A stretch of DNA of 64,000 nucleotides, from positions 3,264,001-3,328,000 of the forward strand of contig OY760183.1 in assembly GCA_963663275.1 (NCBI GenBank), written 5' to 3'. The notes under the pieces are model-generated. The model worked only from the letters and a program-made list of their open reading frames with translations, ran no database searches and was not told the DNA's origin. Below are positions 48,385 through 58,410 of this stretch, piece after piece. Origin of the DNA: Chloroflexota bacterium (GTDB taxonomy: Bacteria; Chloroflexota; UBA11872; VXOZ01). The position numbers were made by a program, and so were the translations under genes. Position 1 is the first letter of the stretch. Each line of letters starts with the position of its first letter.

Positions 48385-49167
48385 ATGATGCCCATCGCCT
48401 GTTCCACGCTCTGCTTCACGCAGCGCCCGCTTGACGAGGCCCTCCAGGGCATTGCGCGACTGGGGTTTCGTTATGTCGATTTGGGCGTGCAACGTTGGGC
48501 GCACGTCAGCGCCCCTGAAATAGCGCAGGCCGGGGCCGATTTCGCCGTCACCCTGCGGCGCGGCCTGGAACACGCCAACCTTGAACTTAGCGCCATGAAC
48601 GTGGGGCTCGAGCGCGATGCCGCCGTCTCCCTGGAAGAACAGGTCGCGGCAGTCTGCGCGCTGGCCGCGGACCATGCCCTGCCCGCGATCTGCATAAACC
48701 CGCCCGCGAACGGCACGCCCGTGGAGGCGGCGCTCGTCGAGTTGCGCACACTCGCCGCCGTCGCCGCCCGCTACGACGTCGCGCTCTGTCTTGAAACCCA
48801 CGTCAACTGTCTCACCGAGATACCGGCAGTGGCCGCGCGGCTGGCCGCGTCCGTGCCGAACCTCGGCATTGCCCTGGACTCCTCCCACTTCTACGCGGGC
48901 CCCTGGCAGGGCCGCGACTATGCCGCCGTGTTTCCCCATACGCGGATCGTCCACTTGCGCGATGCCGGCAATTCTCCCGATCAGATCCTCGTGCCGCCGG
49001 GTGAGGGAAACGTAGACTTTGCCGCGCTTCTCAACGGACTGGCGCAATGCGGCTACCAGGGCCCGCTGGCGGTGGAGTACATCGATACGCGCGTTGCGCC
49101 GGACGCCTACCACGAGCACCTCGCCCAGGTGAAAGCAATGGCGGAACTGGCACAATCTCTTCTCTAG
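48385..49167 (+). CDS. Sugar phosphate isomerase/epimerase (xylose-isomerase-like TIM barrel)
   Basis: LETH, LDSSH, VHLRDA, GEGNVD, VEY. Confidence 0.8.
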   Translation: MMPIACSTLCFTQRPLDEALQGIARLGFRYVDLGVQRWAHVSAPEIAQAGADFAVTLRRGLEHANLELSAMNVGLERDAAVSLEEQVAAVCALAADHALPAICINPPANGTPVEAALVELRTLAAVAARYDVALCLETHVNCLTEIPAVAARLAASVPNLGIALDSSHFYAGPWQGRDYAAVFPHTRIVHLRDAGNSPDQILVPPGEGNVDFAALLNGLAQCGYQGPLAVEYIDTRVAPDAYHEHLAQVKAMAELAQSLL

Positions 49168-49274
49168 TAGTCCTCAACATACCTCCGTCATTCCGGTGAA
49201 AGCCCGCCCCCGTGTGGGGCCGAATCCAATGTGTTATCACTACTCTCCCCCTTCCCAGCCTTCCCCTCTAATGG

Positions 49275-49433
49275 GCTCTAAGGGACATGCAAATGTCATT
49301 CCGAGCGGAGCGAGGAATCTAGAGTGGCGAGCCCACCTAACTCCGCACAGCATGGACTCCAGATTCCTCTCTCCGCTGCGCTCCGCTCGGAATGACACGT
49401 TAAGGCGGATGTAGCGTGCTTACCCCTGTCAGC
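49275..49433. mobile_element. Degenerate MITE type 2 carrying family B palindrome
   Basis: Right end TGCTTACCCCTGTCAGC matches the 5286-5433 element; left end and TSD degenerate. Confidence 0.55.
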
Positions 49434-49657
49434 CTTCAACTGGGAAGGAGTTATACATAGGTCTCCCAGGCGTGAGAAGCGCTGCCCCGCAAGACATTGC
49501 CGGACCTTCGCCGCTCTGCACGTTCGCCGCCATGACTCCGGCGCGCGCACCTGCTACACTTCCAGTAGCCTTGCGTGCAACCGTTTCGCGCAAGGTCTGG
49601 CATCCCGATGCGCTGAGCCGTAGCGCCGACTGAGAATTGGAGTCTCACCGGAAAACC

Positions 49658-50980
49658 ATGCAAGCCACCGCCGCCGCAGCCACACCGGAACGCCCGAAAC
49701 TGCTCGCCATCAGCAGTTGGGTGCTCTACGACCTGGCGAACACGATATTCTCCATGAATATCGTCACGCTCTACTTCTCGTTGTGGGTCATCAACGACAT
49801 GGGCGGGAAGGACAGCGACTACGCGCTGGCCAACAGTGTTTCCATGTTCATCGTCTTCCTGGCCGCGCCGTTCCTGGGGGCGCTCTCGGACCAGACACCC
49901 CGGCGGATGCCCTTTCTCATAGCCACCACGGTTTTGTGCTGCGCGGCGACCTTTCTGCTCGGCATGACCGGCGTCTTTCTCGCGCTCGTCATCTTCGTCG
50001 TTGCCAACACCTTCTACCAGTCGGGCTTGATCTTCTACGACGCGCTGTTGCCGGTTGTCAGCACGCCGGAAAACCGGGGGCGCGTGGGCGGCTTTGGCAT
50101 CGGCATCGGCTACATGGGCTCGTTCATCGGCGTCCTTACGGGGTTCATCGTTTTGGACAACCTGCTCGGGCTCTCGCTCCTGGAGGAAAATCCCGCCGAA
50201 AAGCCCTTGGTCTTCAAGCTCACCGCCGTGCTCTTCCTCCTCTTTGCCGTGCCGTGCTTCCTCTGGGTGCGGGAAAAGCCACGCGCCGGCAGCGTCATGC
50301 TGGGACGCCAAGCCGCGAAACGCGCGCTGCGCGACTTGCGCACTACCTTCGTCCGCCTCGGCAGGCTGCCCAATCTGCGGCGTTTTCTCATCGGCCGCGT
50401 CTTCTACACCGACGCCGCCAACACCTTCATCATCTTCATGGCGGTCTACCTCACGAATGAGGTGGACTTCACCGAGACGGAGGTGCAACTCGCCCTGATG
50501 CTGGGCATTGCCGCGGCCATGGTGGGCGGGTTGTTGTGGGGCTTTGTGGTGGACCTGATTGGGCCCAGGCCGTCTCTGCTGATCGTCATCGGCCTGTGGA
50601 CGATCGCCATCAGCCTCACGGTGGCGGTGCCGCTCTTCTCGTTGACGAATGCCATCATCTGGGGGGTCGCCGCGCTCGGCGGGTTCTCGCTGGGCAGCAC
50701 CTGGGCCGCCGACCGCCCCTTGATGCTGCGCCTGGCGCCGCCGCAAAACATCGGCCAGTTCTACGGCCTCTATGCCATGGTGGGACGCTTTGCCGCCATC
50801 ATCGGCCCGCTCATCTGGGCGCTTATCGTCGACGGCCTGGACTGGGGCCGCCCGGCCGCCGTGGCCGCCTTCCTGCCCATGATGGTCATTGCCGCCTGGT
50901 TCATCTTCCGCGTGGACGACACGGCGGACTTGGGTGAAAATCTCGATGAGGCGTTCCAACCCTCACAAAGCGCCTCGTAG
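49658..50980 (+). CDS. MFS transporter (UMF1/Atg22-like)
   Basis: SWVLYDLAN, FYDALLP, GIGYMG, FYGLY.M.GR; about 12 TM segments. Confidence 0.85.
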   Translation: MQATAAAATPERPKLLAISSWVLYDLANTIFSMNIVTLYFSLWVINDMGGKDSDYALANSVSMFIVFLAAPFLGALSDQTPRRMPFLIATTVLCCAATFLLGMTGVFLALVIFVVANTFYQSGLIFYDALLPVVSTPENRGRVGGFGIGIGYMGSFIGVLTGFIVLDNLLGLSLLEENPAEKPLVFKLTAVLFLLFAVPCFLWVREKPRAGSVMLGRQAAKRALRDLRTTFVRLGRLPNLRRFLIGRVFYTDAANTFIIFMAVYLTNEVDFTETEVQLALMLGIAAAMVGGLLWGFVVDLIGPRPSLLIVIGLWTIAISLTVAVPLFSLTNAIIWGVAALGGFSLGSTWAADRPLMLRLAPPQNIGQFYGLYAMVGRFAAIIGPLIWALIVDGLDWGRPAAVAAFLPMMVIAAWFIFRVDDTADLGENLDEAFQPSQSAS

Positions 50981-51099
50981 CCATCCCGGCACACCTACAC
51001 GACGCTCCGTCCTCCGGGTAGCGCAGGTTTGCAACCTGCGTCCACCCTCCGTCCTCCGGTAGCGCAGGTTTGCAAACTGCGTCCGCCTCTCTTCCTCCG

Positions 51100-51317
51100 G
51101 AGAACTTTGCGTCACCGGAGAGGGAACAGACAAAGTTCAGCGCACGCCTCTTATCCCCTCTCCTGGGGGAGAGGGTTAGGGTGAGGGGAGATTGTGCGGC
51201 GACTCACACCCAAGTCTTGCGAGATGGGGCGGAACCGACGAGGATTCCCCCTCACCCCGGCCCTCTCCCCAGGGAGAGGGAGTCTGATCGCGCTTACCTA
51301 CGTTACGCAAAAGTCTC
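51100..51317. mobile_element. MITE type 1 carrying two family A palindromes, embedded in a GTAG-REP cluster (51018-51450)
   Basis: Ends GAGAACTTTGCGTCAC / GTTACGCAAAAGTCTC; TSD CTCCG at 51095-51099 and 51318-51322. Confidence 0.75.
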
Positions 51318-51553
51318 CTCCGGTAGCGCAGGTTACAAACCTGCGTCCGCTGCTGTCTCGCTGGCACGTGATTGCCCAGAGGCGGGGGACAAGCCCCCGC
51401 GCTACGACGGTGTGTCCGTTTCTCCGGTAGCGCAGGTTTGCAACCTGCGCATAATCTCGCGGCAACCTTCCTCTCACACTGCTCTCACATTCCGGGCGCA
51501 CACTGTTAAGTAGGGAATAGAGAGCAATCAGCACGAAGGAGGAAAGGACAACG

Positions 51554-51826
51554 ATGTCGCTCCGCCGCTATGAGCGAGAATTGGAAGACACGCCCGACAC
51601 GCAGTTTCAGGACCTGCGCGGGCTGCGGGTGTACGACCACGACAACCGCCTGCTGGGCACGATCAGCGCGGTCATGGTAGACACGACCAGCCAGGAAACG
51701 GTCTACGCCGAGGTCGCGTCCACCGGCCTGCTGGGGCTGGGGAGCCGCCGCCAGGTGGTGCGCCGCAGCCGGCTGCATCACAACGCCCGCGGCCTGCGGC
51801 TGGCGGGGTCGCAGTCCTACAGGTAG
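51554..51826 (+). CDS. PRC-barrel domain protein
   Basis: DLRGLRVYD..N..LG.I..VMVD...Y...GLLGLG; AAGGAGG RBS. Confidence 0.75.
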   Translation: MSLRRYERELEDTPDTQFQDLRGLRVYDHDNRLLGTISAVMVDTTSQETVYAEVASTGLLGLGSRRQVVRRSRLHHNARGLRLAGSQSYR

Positions 51827-51831
51827 GCGTC

Positions 51832-52863
51832 CTACAGGTAGGTTTTGAAGAAGTCGAAGGCTTTGGCGCCGCTGAACTCGTGCCCGCCGTCGAATTCGTC
51901 CAGCCAGAGGCTTTCCGATACCTGCGCCGCCGCGTAGATGCTTTCCAAGTGGGCATACGCCTCGCGCGCGGCCGCAATCGGGAAGCCTCCGTCCTGGATG
52001 CCGGACTCGATGAGGAGCGGCCGCGGCGCAACCAGGCCGCAGATGTCCGACACTTCCCCGTACTTGAGCACACCGGGTACGAATTGCGACCCGCAGAAAT
52101 TGCCCTGGGTGAGCGCGTATTGCTTGAACGTGGTCAGATAGCAGACCACGTCTGCCGCCTTCACGCGGTCGTCCACCGCCGCCAGGTACATCGCGCGCGT
52201 GCCGCCCAGCGAGAGGCCGATGCAGCCGAGCCGGTCCGCGTCCACTTCCGGACGGCTCGCCAGGTAATCGAGGCCGCGCATGTCGTCCCAGGTATTGAGC
52301 GCCATCAGGTTCATGCCGAAGAGGAAGGTCTTGATGCCGTTCACGTTGCAGCCGTCGCGGTTGGGATAGCGCCGGAAGTCTTCGCCGCGCTCGCCAAAGC
52401 CCCGCGCGTCGGGGCACAGGGTCACGAAACCGCGCTTGGCAAGTTGCAGGCCGTAGTCGTAGTTGTAACGCTTGATCAACGTCGCGCGTTCCTCCTCGCC
52501 ATAGTCCACGTGCGCCACGGCGTCTTTGCCATAAGGCCCGCCGTGACCGTGCAGACAAATAATGCCCGGCGCCGGCGTAGGCGCGTTCTCCGGGATGAGC
52601 AGCCACGCCGGGACCTGCACGTCCTCGGCGGTGGTGTACACCACCTTTTCGTAATGCACGCCGAACTGCTCCCGCTCCTCGACGACCCGCGCATCCAGCG
52701 GAGTCTGCTCGGGAAACGGCTCCATCAGGTCGAGCAGCCGGGCGCGCAACCGCTGCTGCCAGGCGAACCACTCCGCATGAGTCTCACCCGCAAAATGCAG
52801 CAGCGGCGGATGCTTCTCGTAATGCGCCATGATATACGTATCGAAATCGAATACATCGCCCAT
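51832..52863 (-). CDS. Alpha/beta hydrolase (dienelactone hydrolase/acetylxylan esterase-like)
   Basis: LHGHG, GFGER, GLSLGG nucleophile, APRPL, GGH. Confidence 0.85.
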   Translation of the reverse strand: MGDVFDFDTYIMAHYEKHPPLLHFAGETHAEWFAWQQRLRARLLDLMEPFPEQTPLDARVVEEREQFGVHYEKVVYTTAEDVQVPAWLLIPENAPTPAPGIICLHGHGGPYGKDAVAHVDYGEEERATLIKRYNYDYGLQLAKRGFVTLCPDARGFGERGEDFRRYPNRDGCNVNGIKTFLFGMNLMALNTWDDMRGLDYLASRPEVDADRLGCIGLSLGGTRAMYLAAVDDRVKAADVVCYLTTFKQYALTQGNFCGSQFVPGVLKYGEVSDICGLVAPRPLLIESGIQDGGFPIAAAREAYAHLESIYAAAQVSESLWLDEFDGGHEFSGAKAFDFFKTYL

Positions 52864-52885
52864 GTTGGCTCTCCCTCTCTATACG

Positions 52886-53122
52886 CTATGACGACAGGAC
52901 CGCTTCCTGGATGATGAACGGCACCTCCCGCGGGTTCTCCGGTCCCACGTAGATGGCGTCCGTCGGGCAGTAGATCTCGCACAGCAGGCACGACTGGCAA
53001 TCGGCCTCGTAGCGTACGTAGGCTTTCTTGTGCTGGTCCATGCGCAGCACGTCCAGCGGGCACACCTTCACACAGAGCGTGCAGCCGATGCACAGGTCTT
53101 CATAGACTTTCTCGATTGCCAC
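52886..53122 (-). CDS. 2x[4Fe-4S] ferredoxin (AprB/AsfB-like)
   Basis: CIGCTLCVKVCP and CQSCLLCEIYCP. Confidence 0.9.
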   Translation of the reverse strand: MAIEKVYEDLCIGCTLCVKVCPLDVLRMDQHKKAYVRYEADCQSCLLCEIYCPTDAIYVGPENPREVPFIIQEAVLSS

Positions 53123-53148
53123 CGTTCACCCTCTCCCTACGCGCGCCG

Positions 53149-54876
53149 CTACCGGGACTGCGCCGCGGCCGCCGGCAGCAGACCCAGCGCTTCCAGCCGC
53201 TCGCGGGGCGCGTCCGCGTAGCGGAACTCCGGCTCGCCGTCAGCATCCGGCGCCGCGATGATCCAGCGCAGCCAGTTCTCATCGTCGCGTTGCGGGTAAT
53301 CCTCCCGGTAGTGCCAGCCGCGGCTCTCCGTGCGCAGCAGCGCCGCCTCGTACATCAGCGCCGTCGTGAGCGCGGTGGCCTCCACCTCGTAGCACTTCAC
53401 CAGTTCGTGGAAGTCCGGCGCAAAGAGGCGCGGCACGGCGTCCTGCCGCAGCGCCCGCACGTGCGCCAGGGCTTGCTCCATGCGCGCGCCGTGGCGGAAG
53501 ATGTTGAGTTGCGGCGGCATGGCCTGGGACTGCAACTCGCCGTACACCGCGTCCGGCGGCAGGCCGTCCGCGCGCTCCAGGGGACGCAGCGCCTCCGCGA
53601 ACGCATCCTCCCGCTCGGCGGCGCCGCTCTCTACCCAATCCGCGTCCTGCGCAAAACCGCCGGCGCTGGCGCCCGCCGCGTAACCGCTGCCGTTCGCCCA
53701 GGCGAGATTGAGAAACGTGATGCCGCTGGAGGCCCCCACCACGTAGCCGCGCATCGCCGCGTCGCCGGCCGCGTAGAGGCCCGGCACGCTGGACGCCATC
53801 GTGGTGTCCTGAACGTACACGCCAGCCGAACCCGATACCGAACCATTGAAACCCGGATGCCATTGGGTGCGCTGGGTAAAGAGGTCCTGGCCGCTGCGTC
53901 GAGCCAGTTCGGCGATGTGCTTGAAGGCGTGCAGCCACATCGCGCGGTCCGTCTCCGGCACGGCGGTGAGGTCGAGTTGAATCGGCCCCCGCCCGGCCTG
54001 GATCTCCGACGCCATGCCGCGCGCGATCACGTGTATCGCCGGCGGCACTTTATCCGAATACTTGCCCAGGAACGGCTCGCCCGCGCCGTTCAGGTAGGTG
54101 CCGCCAATCGCGGCCAGGATGCACTGCCCGTGGCTGTCGAAGCGCGTATTGGTGGCGATGTAGCCGTTGGCGTACTCCAGGTTCATCAGGGCCGCGCCGG
54201 CGTCCCACGCCAGTTTGTACGCCTCGCCGCAGAGCATGTCGTGGCCGAAGTGGGTGCCTTTCCAGGCGCAGCCGCCGGCCGCCAGCACCACGGACTTGGC
54301 GTGAATCAGGCAGAGCCGGTCGTCCTGCCGCCGGATGCCCACCGCGCCGATGACGCGGCCCTCCCGCACGAGCAGCTTGACGATCGCGGCGTGATCGAGA
54401 ATCTTCGCTTGCTTGGTGCGCAAGACCCGCTTGCGCATCAGCTTCATCAACTCGACGCTGTCCAGACCGAGCCGCCAGACCGTCTCGCGGGAGCCGACGT
54501 AGATGAGGCGGCGGTGGAGCGTGCCGACTTCGCCGGATGCCGCGTCGTCATGCCGGTCGAAGGGCGCGTCCCAGCTATCCAGTTCGGCGATGCGCTCGTA
54601 ATTGGCCTGAACGAGCCACTCGACCCACGCCGGATCCAGCAGCAGTTCGCTCTCGCGGCAGTGCTCGCGCACGAAGTCGGCCGGGTCGTCGTCCGGCGTG
54701 AGGTGGAGCACCACGCCGCCGGCGAAGACGCTGCAACCGGAGCCGCCGACGAACCCTTTGTCCACCACCAACGCGCGGCTGCCCTGGCGCGTGGCCGCGA
54801 TCGCCGCCCAGCAGCCGGCCAGGCCGCCGCCGATTACGAGCACGTCGGTGGTATAGACGTCATGCGGTACTTCCAT
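53149..54876 (-). CDS. FAD flavoprotein of the SdhA/FrdA/AprA family (AsfA-like)
   Basis: GGGLAG, SGCS (no covalent-FAD His), GLYAAGD, RTESRGWHYREDYP. Confidence 0.85.
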   Translation of the reverse strand: MEVPHDVYTTDVLVIGGGLAGCWAAIAATRQGSRALVVDKGFVGGSGCSVFAGGVVLHLTPDDDPADFVREHCRESELLLDPAWVEWLVQANYERIAELDSWDAPFDRHDDAASGEVGTLHRRLIYVGSRETVWRLGLDSVELMKLMRKRVLRTKQAKILDHAAIVKLLVREGRVIGAVGIRRQDDRLCLIHAKSVVLAAGGCAWKGTHFGHDMLCGEAYKLAWDAGAALMNLEYANGYIATNTRFDSHGQCILAAIGGTYLNGAGEPFLGKYSDKVPPAIHVIARGMASEIQAGRGPIQLDLTAVPETDRAMWLHAFKHIAELARRSGQDLFTQRTQWHPGFNGSVSGSAGVYVQDTTMASSVPGLYAAGDAAMRGYVVGASSGITFLNLAWANGSGYAAGASAGGFAQDADWVESGAAEREDAFAEALRPLERADGLPPDAVYGELQSQAMPPQLNIFRHGARMEQALAHVRALRQDAVPRLFAPDFHELVKCYEVEATALTTALMYEAALLRTESRGWHYREDYPQRDDENWLRWIIAAPDADGEPEFRYADAPRERLEALGLLPAAAAQSR

Positions 54877-54980
54877 TCAGACCCTCACCCTGGCCCTCTC
54901 CCAGAGGGAGAGGGGATAAAGAAAGGCAGAGCTTGCGCTTCAGCCACGTTCACTCTGCCTTGAACATCCGGCAAGGGCGC

Positions 54981-55847
54981 TCAGCGCTCCTCCCGGTCCC
55001 ACGATAGTTGCGCCCGCAGCAGGCGGATGAGCTTATCCAAAGCGTAGCCAATCGCGCCGATAATGAGAATGACCGCCATCAGTTCGCCGTAGTCGAAGCG
55101 GTCGCGGGTATCCAGAATGTAGTAGCCCAGCCCGTCGGAGACGCCCAACATTTCCGCCGGCACCAGCACGACCCAGGCCAGGCCCACCGCCAGGCGGAGG
55201 CCGGTGAGCATATCCGGCACAATGGCCGGCATGATGACCATGCGCACCAGTTTCCACTCGTTGGCGCCCAAGGTCCGCGCCGCCGAAATCCAGCGTTGGT
55301 CCAGGCTGCTCACGCCGTGGGCCGTATTGATGATCATGGGCCACACCGCGGCAATGGCGATCAGGAAGATCACCGGATTGCTGCCCACGCCAAAGGCGAT
55401 GATCGCGATCGGCATCCACGAGAGCGGCGATATCATGCGCAGGAACTGGAACGCCAGCGACGACGCCCGTTCGGCAAGGTAGTACCGCCCGATGACTACG
55501 CCAATCGGCACGCCAATCCCCACCGCCAACGCCAGCCCCAACCCGATCCGCTCGAGGCTGGCGAAGATGTGGGCAAAGATGACGCCGCTGGCGAATAAGC
55601 CGACCAAATCGCGGAAGGCGTGGCGCGGCTGGAAGGCGGCGACGATACCGGAGTCTGTCAGCAGACCGCCGGTGAGCCCTTGCCACACCAGCAGAATGAC
55701 GAGAAAACCCAGAATTGGCAAGAAGACGCCGCGAAAGCGCGCCCACACCCGGCTTGGCGCCGCCGCGGCAATCCTCTTCGCTGCCTGCGCGCTCGATGGC
55801 CGCGCCTCGTCTCGCAGACGGTCGGCCAGCCTTTCGCCGGTTTGCAT
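54981..55847 (-). CDS. ABC permease, nitrate/sulfonate/taurine (SsuC/TauC) family
   Basis: SLERIGLG, ISPLSWMP, AARTLGA, LVPAEMLG..GLGY. Confidence 0.88.
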   Translation of the reverse strand: MQTGERLADRLRDEARPSSAQAAKRIAAAAPSRVWARFRGVFLPILGFLVILLVWQGLTGGLLTDSGIVAAFQPRHAFRDLVGLFASGVIFAHIFASLERIGLGLALAVGIGVPIGVVIGRYYLAERASSLAFQFLRMISPLSWMPIAIIAFGVGSNPVIFLIAIAAVWPMIINTAHGVSSLDQRWISAARTLGANEWKLVRMVIMPAIVPDMLTGLRLAVGLAWVVLVPAEMLGVSDGLGYYILDTRDRFDYGELMAVILIIGAIGYALDKLIRLLRAQLSWDREER

Positions 55848-55851
55848 GGCC

Positions 55852-57090
55852 TCACTCAATGCCGATGACCTCCTTGCGCTCGAACGCTTCATCCTCCGCC
55901 ACGTTGAACGCGCTCGGACCGCCCGCGGCGTTGTACGCCTCCTTGACCAGCGTATAGTCTACCAAATCCTCCGCCGCGTGATCGGCGGAAAGATCGCCCA
56001 GGAAACTCGTATCGCCTTCCACTTTGGTCTGCTTGATCTGCTTCACCAGTTCGATCGTGTACGTCGGATACGGCCAGGGCTGGAAGCCGATGCGCGAGGA
56101 GCCCCATTCCGGATGATGAATCGCGTTGGTGCCCTGGGGGCCGTAGGTCTCCAGGTCGTACTTGCTCATGGCGCGCTCGATCACGGCGGCGTCCTGCGGC
56201 AGGAGGCCGCTGCCGTCCTTGGAAAGCAGTTTGGCCGTGCCGGGGATGTCCCGCAGCGCCCCAATTTGCGAGTTGGCAATGCTGTTGAGCACGCGCTGCG
56301 CCCACTCCGGATTCTCATTGATGTACTTTTCGCTCAGCACCGCCACGCAGCAGGCGTGGTCCTTCCAGATGTCGCCGGTGAAGCGGATGATCTTGCCGTT
56401 CGCCAGCAACTCGCCGGCGGCGTTGAACGGCTCGGCCACAATGTAGCCGTCGATGGAGCGGTTGCCCAGCGCCGTGGGCATGTCCGGCGGCGCCATCACG
56501 AAGAGGTTTACCTGGTGGCTTGCCAGTTCGCGGTTGCGGTCCTGGATGACGGCCTCCAGGTTGTGGTGGCGCAGCGCCATCTGCAACACCACGTTATGGA
56601 TCGAGTACCAGAACGGCACCGCGATCTGCTTGCCGCCCAGATCCTTGATGCTGTCGATGCCGCTCTCCTGATGCACGGTGAGCGCCGAGCCGTTGATGTG
56701 ATCCCAGGCCACCACCTTCACCGGAAACTGCAAGCTGTAGCGCATCCACACCGTCATCGGCATGAGGAAGTGCGCCACGTTCACCTGGTCCGCCATGAAG
56801 GCTTCCGCCAGTTGCGACCACCCCCGGAAGAGCGTGGGCCGCTCGGCGTTCAGTCCTTCGTCGGCGAAGTAGCCGCCGGCAAACCCCAGCGTCAGCGGCG
56901 TGGAATCCGTAATCGGCAGGTAGCCGACCTTGACGGGAATGTCGGACGCCTTGGCGGGCGAGACCGGGCCGCCGTTGGCCGCCTCGTCATCGTCGCCGCC
57001 GCACGCGGCGAGCAACGGACTGGCGACCGCGCCCAGCGCCGTTGCGCCCAGCGCGCTGAGAAAGCGCCCTCGCGTAATCTTCTGCGGCAT
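55852..57090 (-). CDS. ABC substrate-binding lipoprotein, NrtA/CmpA/SsuA-like
   Basis: Tat-like/lipobox TRGRFL...LLAAC; GYLPITD, AVPFWYSIHN, AEPFN, HACCV. Confidence 0.85.
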   Translation of the reverse strand: MPQKITRGRFLSALGATALGAVASPLLAACGGDDDEAANGGPVSPAKASDIPVKVGYLPITDSTPLTLGFAGGYFADEGLNAERPTLFRGWSQLAEAFMADQVNVAHFLMPMTVWMRYSLQFPVKVVAWDHINGSALTVHQESGIDSIKDLGGKQIAVPFWYSIHNVVLQMALRHHNLEAVIQDRNRELASHQVNLFVMAPPDMPTALGNRSIDGYIVAEPFNAAGELLANGKIIRFTGDIWKDHACCVAVLSEKYINENPEWAQRVLNSIANSQIGALRDIPGTAKLLSKDGSGLLPQDAAVIERAMSKYDLETYGPQGTNAIHHPEWGSSRIGFQPWPYPTYTIELVKQIKQTKVEGDTSFLGDLSADHAAEDLVDYTLVKEAYNAAGGPSAFNVAEDEAFERKEVIGIE

Positions 57091-57155
57091 TCTGCTACTC
57101 CTCAGATACGTTTTCATGCAACTCAGGAAACGAAGCGCCGCTGCGCGCGGCGCTT

Positions 57156-57968
57156 CTAGATGTGGTAATACTGCCCGCGCGTGTGCGCGAGATTGAACTC
57201 GGCAAAGACTTCTTTGCGCAGGCGCACCAGTTCGGGGTCAATCCGGTCACGCGGATGGGCGAGCGGCACCGGAATAACGCGCCGCAGTTCACCGGGATGC
57301 GCGCACATGATCGCCACCCGGTCGCCGACGTAGAGCGCCTCGTCGATGTCGTGGGTCACGAAGAGCGTCGTCACTTGCTGCGCCTTGACGATGCGCACGA
57401 TTTCCTCTTGCATCTCCATGCGGGTGAAGGCGTCCAGCGCGCCGAAAGGCTCATCCATCAGCAGGATTTCAACCTGATTGGCCAGCGCCCGCGCCAAGGC
57501 GACCCGCTGCGCCATGCCGCCGGATAGCTGCGCCGGCCAGGCGCGCTCGAATCCCCCCAAGCGGGTGAGCGCCACCAAATCCGCGACGATCGTCTCTTTG
57601 TCGCCTTTGAAGCCCCGGGCGTCCAGGCCGAAGCGGATGTTCTCCTCCACCGTCAGCCACGGAAAGAGCGCGTAATCCTGGAAGACCATGCCCCGCGTGT
57701 AGTGCGGGCCTTCCACCGGCGTGCCTCCCACGGTCACGCTGCCCTCCGAGAGCCGGTCCAGGCCGGCAATGACGTTCAGGAGGCTGGACTTGCCGCAGCC
57801 GCTGGGCCCCAACACGCAGAGCAACTCGCCCTCCCGCACGGCAAGATCCACGCCCTGGAACGCCACCGTGGGGCCGTTCCGCGAGCCAAATACCCGGCCG
57901 GCGCCTTCCAGCACTATCTTTGCTGCCGGAGACGCTTCTCGTACCGTTTGTGCCACTGCGCTGCTCAT
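57156..57968 (-). CDS. ABC ATP-binding protein, SsuB/TauB family
   Basis: GPSGCGKS, LSGGMAQR, LMDEPFGALD, VTHD. Confidence 0.92.
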   Translation of the reverse strand: MSSAVAQTVREASPAAKIVLEGAGRVFGSRNGPTVAFQGVDLAVREGELLCVLGPSGCGKSSLLNVIAGLDRLSEGSVTVGGTPVEGPHYTRGMVFQDYALFPWLTVEENIRFGLDARGFKGDKETIVADLVALTRLGGFERAWPAQLSGGMAQRVALARALANQVEILLMDEPFGALDAFTRMEMQEEIVRIVKAQQVTTLFVTHDIDEALYVGDRVAIMCAHPGELRRVIPVPLAHPRDRIDPELVRLRKEVFAEFNLAHTRGQYYHI

Positions 57969-58110
57969 TGCTAATGCATGAACCTCTCTGCCCGGGCCTA
58001 ACCCCGCGTACGGCGAGACGAAGCCGCCATCCCCGCACAAACCGCGCTACCGTCCGCCATCCCCGCAGAGGCGGCGCGGCCGGGTGTCAAACCCGCCGCA
58101 GGCGGCTAAA

Positions 58111-58176
58111 CTTAACTAAGTAACTTTACTTAGACAACTAAAGCGTTAAGCTAACATAGCGCGGAAGCGGTGTCAA
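58111..58176 (-). promoter_or_regulatory. Promoter and palindromic operator of the ABC/flavoprotein operon
   Basis: TTGACA(58176-58171)-17 bp-TAGCTT with TGn; CTAAGTAA-CT-TTACTTAG (58116-58133) nested within CTTAAC...GTTAAG. Confidence 0.65.
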
Positions 58177-58410
58177 ATCCCGCCGCTTCGTATAGAATGG
58201 ATACGGCGGAAAGAGTAGCACGAGACTGGATAGCGTTGCACGGCTGGTTTTTGTCATTCCGAGCGCAGCGAGGAATCTAGAACCCGTACACGCGATACCC
58301 GTAGATTTCTCGCTGCGCTCGGAATGACATGAAGCCTGGCCCATCGAAGAGGGCAAGCTGGATCTACTTATTTCCGGATACGGTAACGTTGCACTTTGCG
58401 GAGGCGCTCT

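Noticed and set aside
53149-54876. sdhA/frdA or dissimilatory aprA
   Set aside because: No covalent-FAD His motif, no SdhB/C/D, no sat/qmo; the partner is a short ferredoxin in an ABC operon
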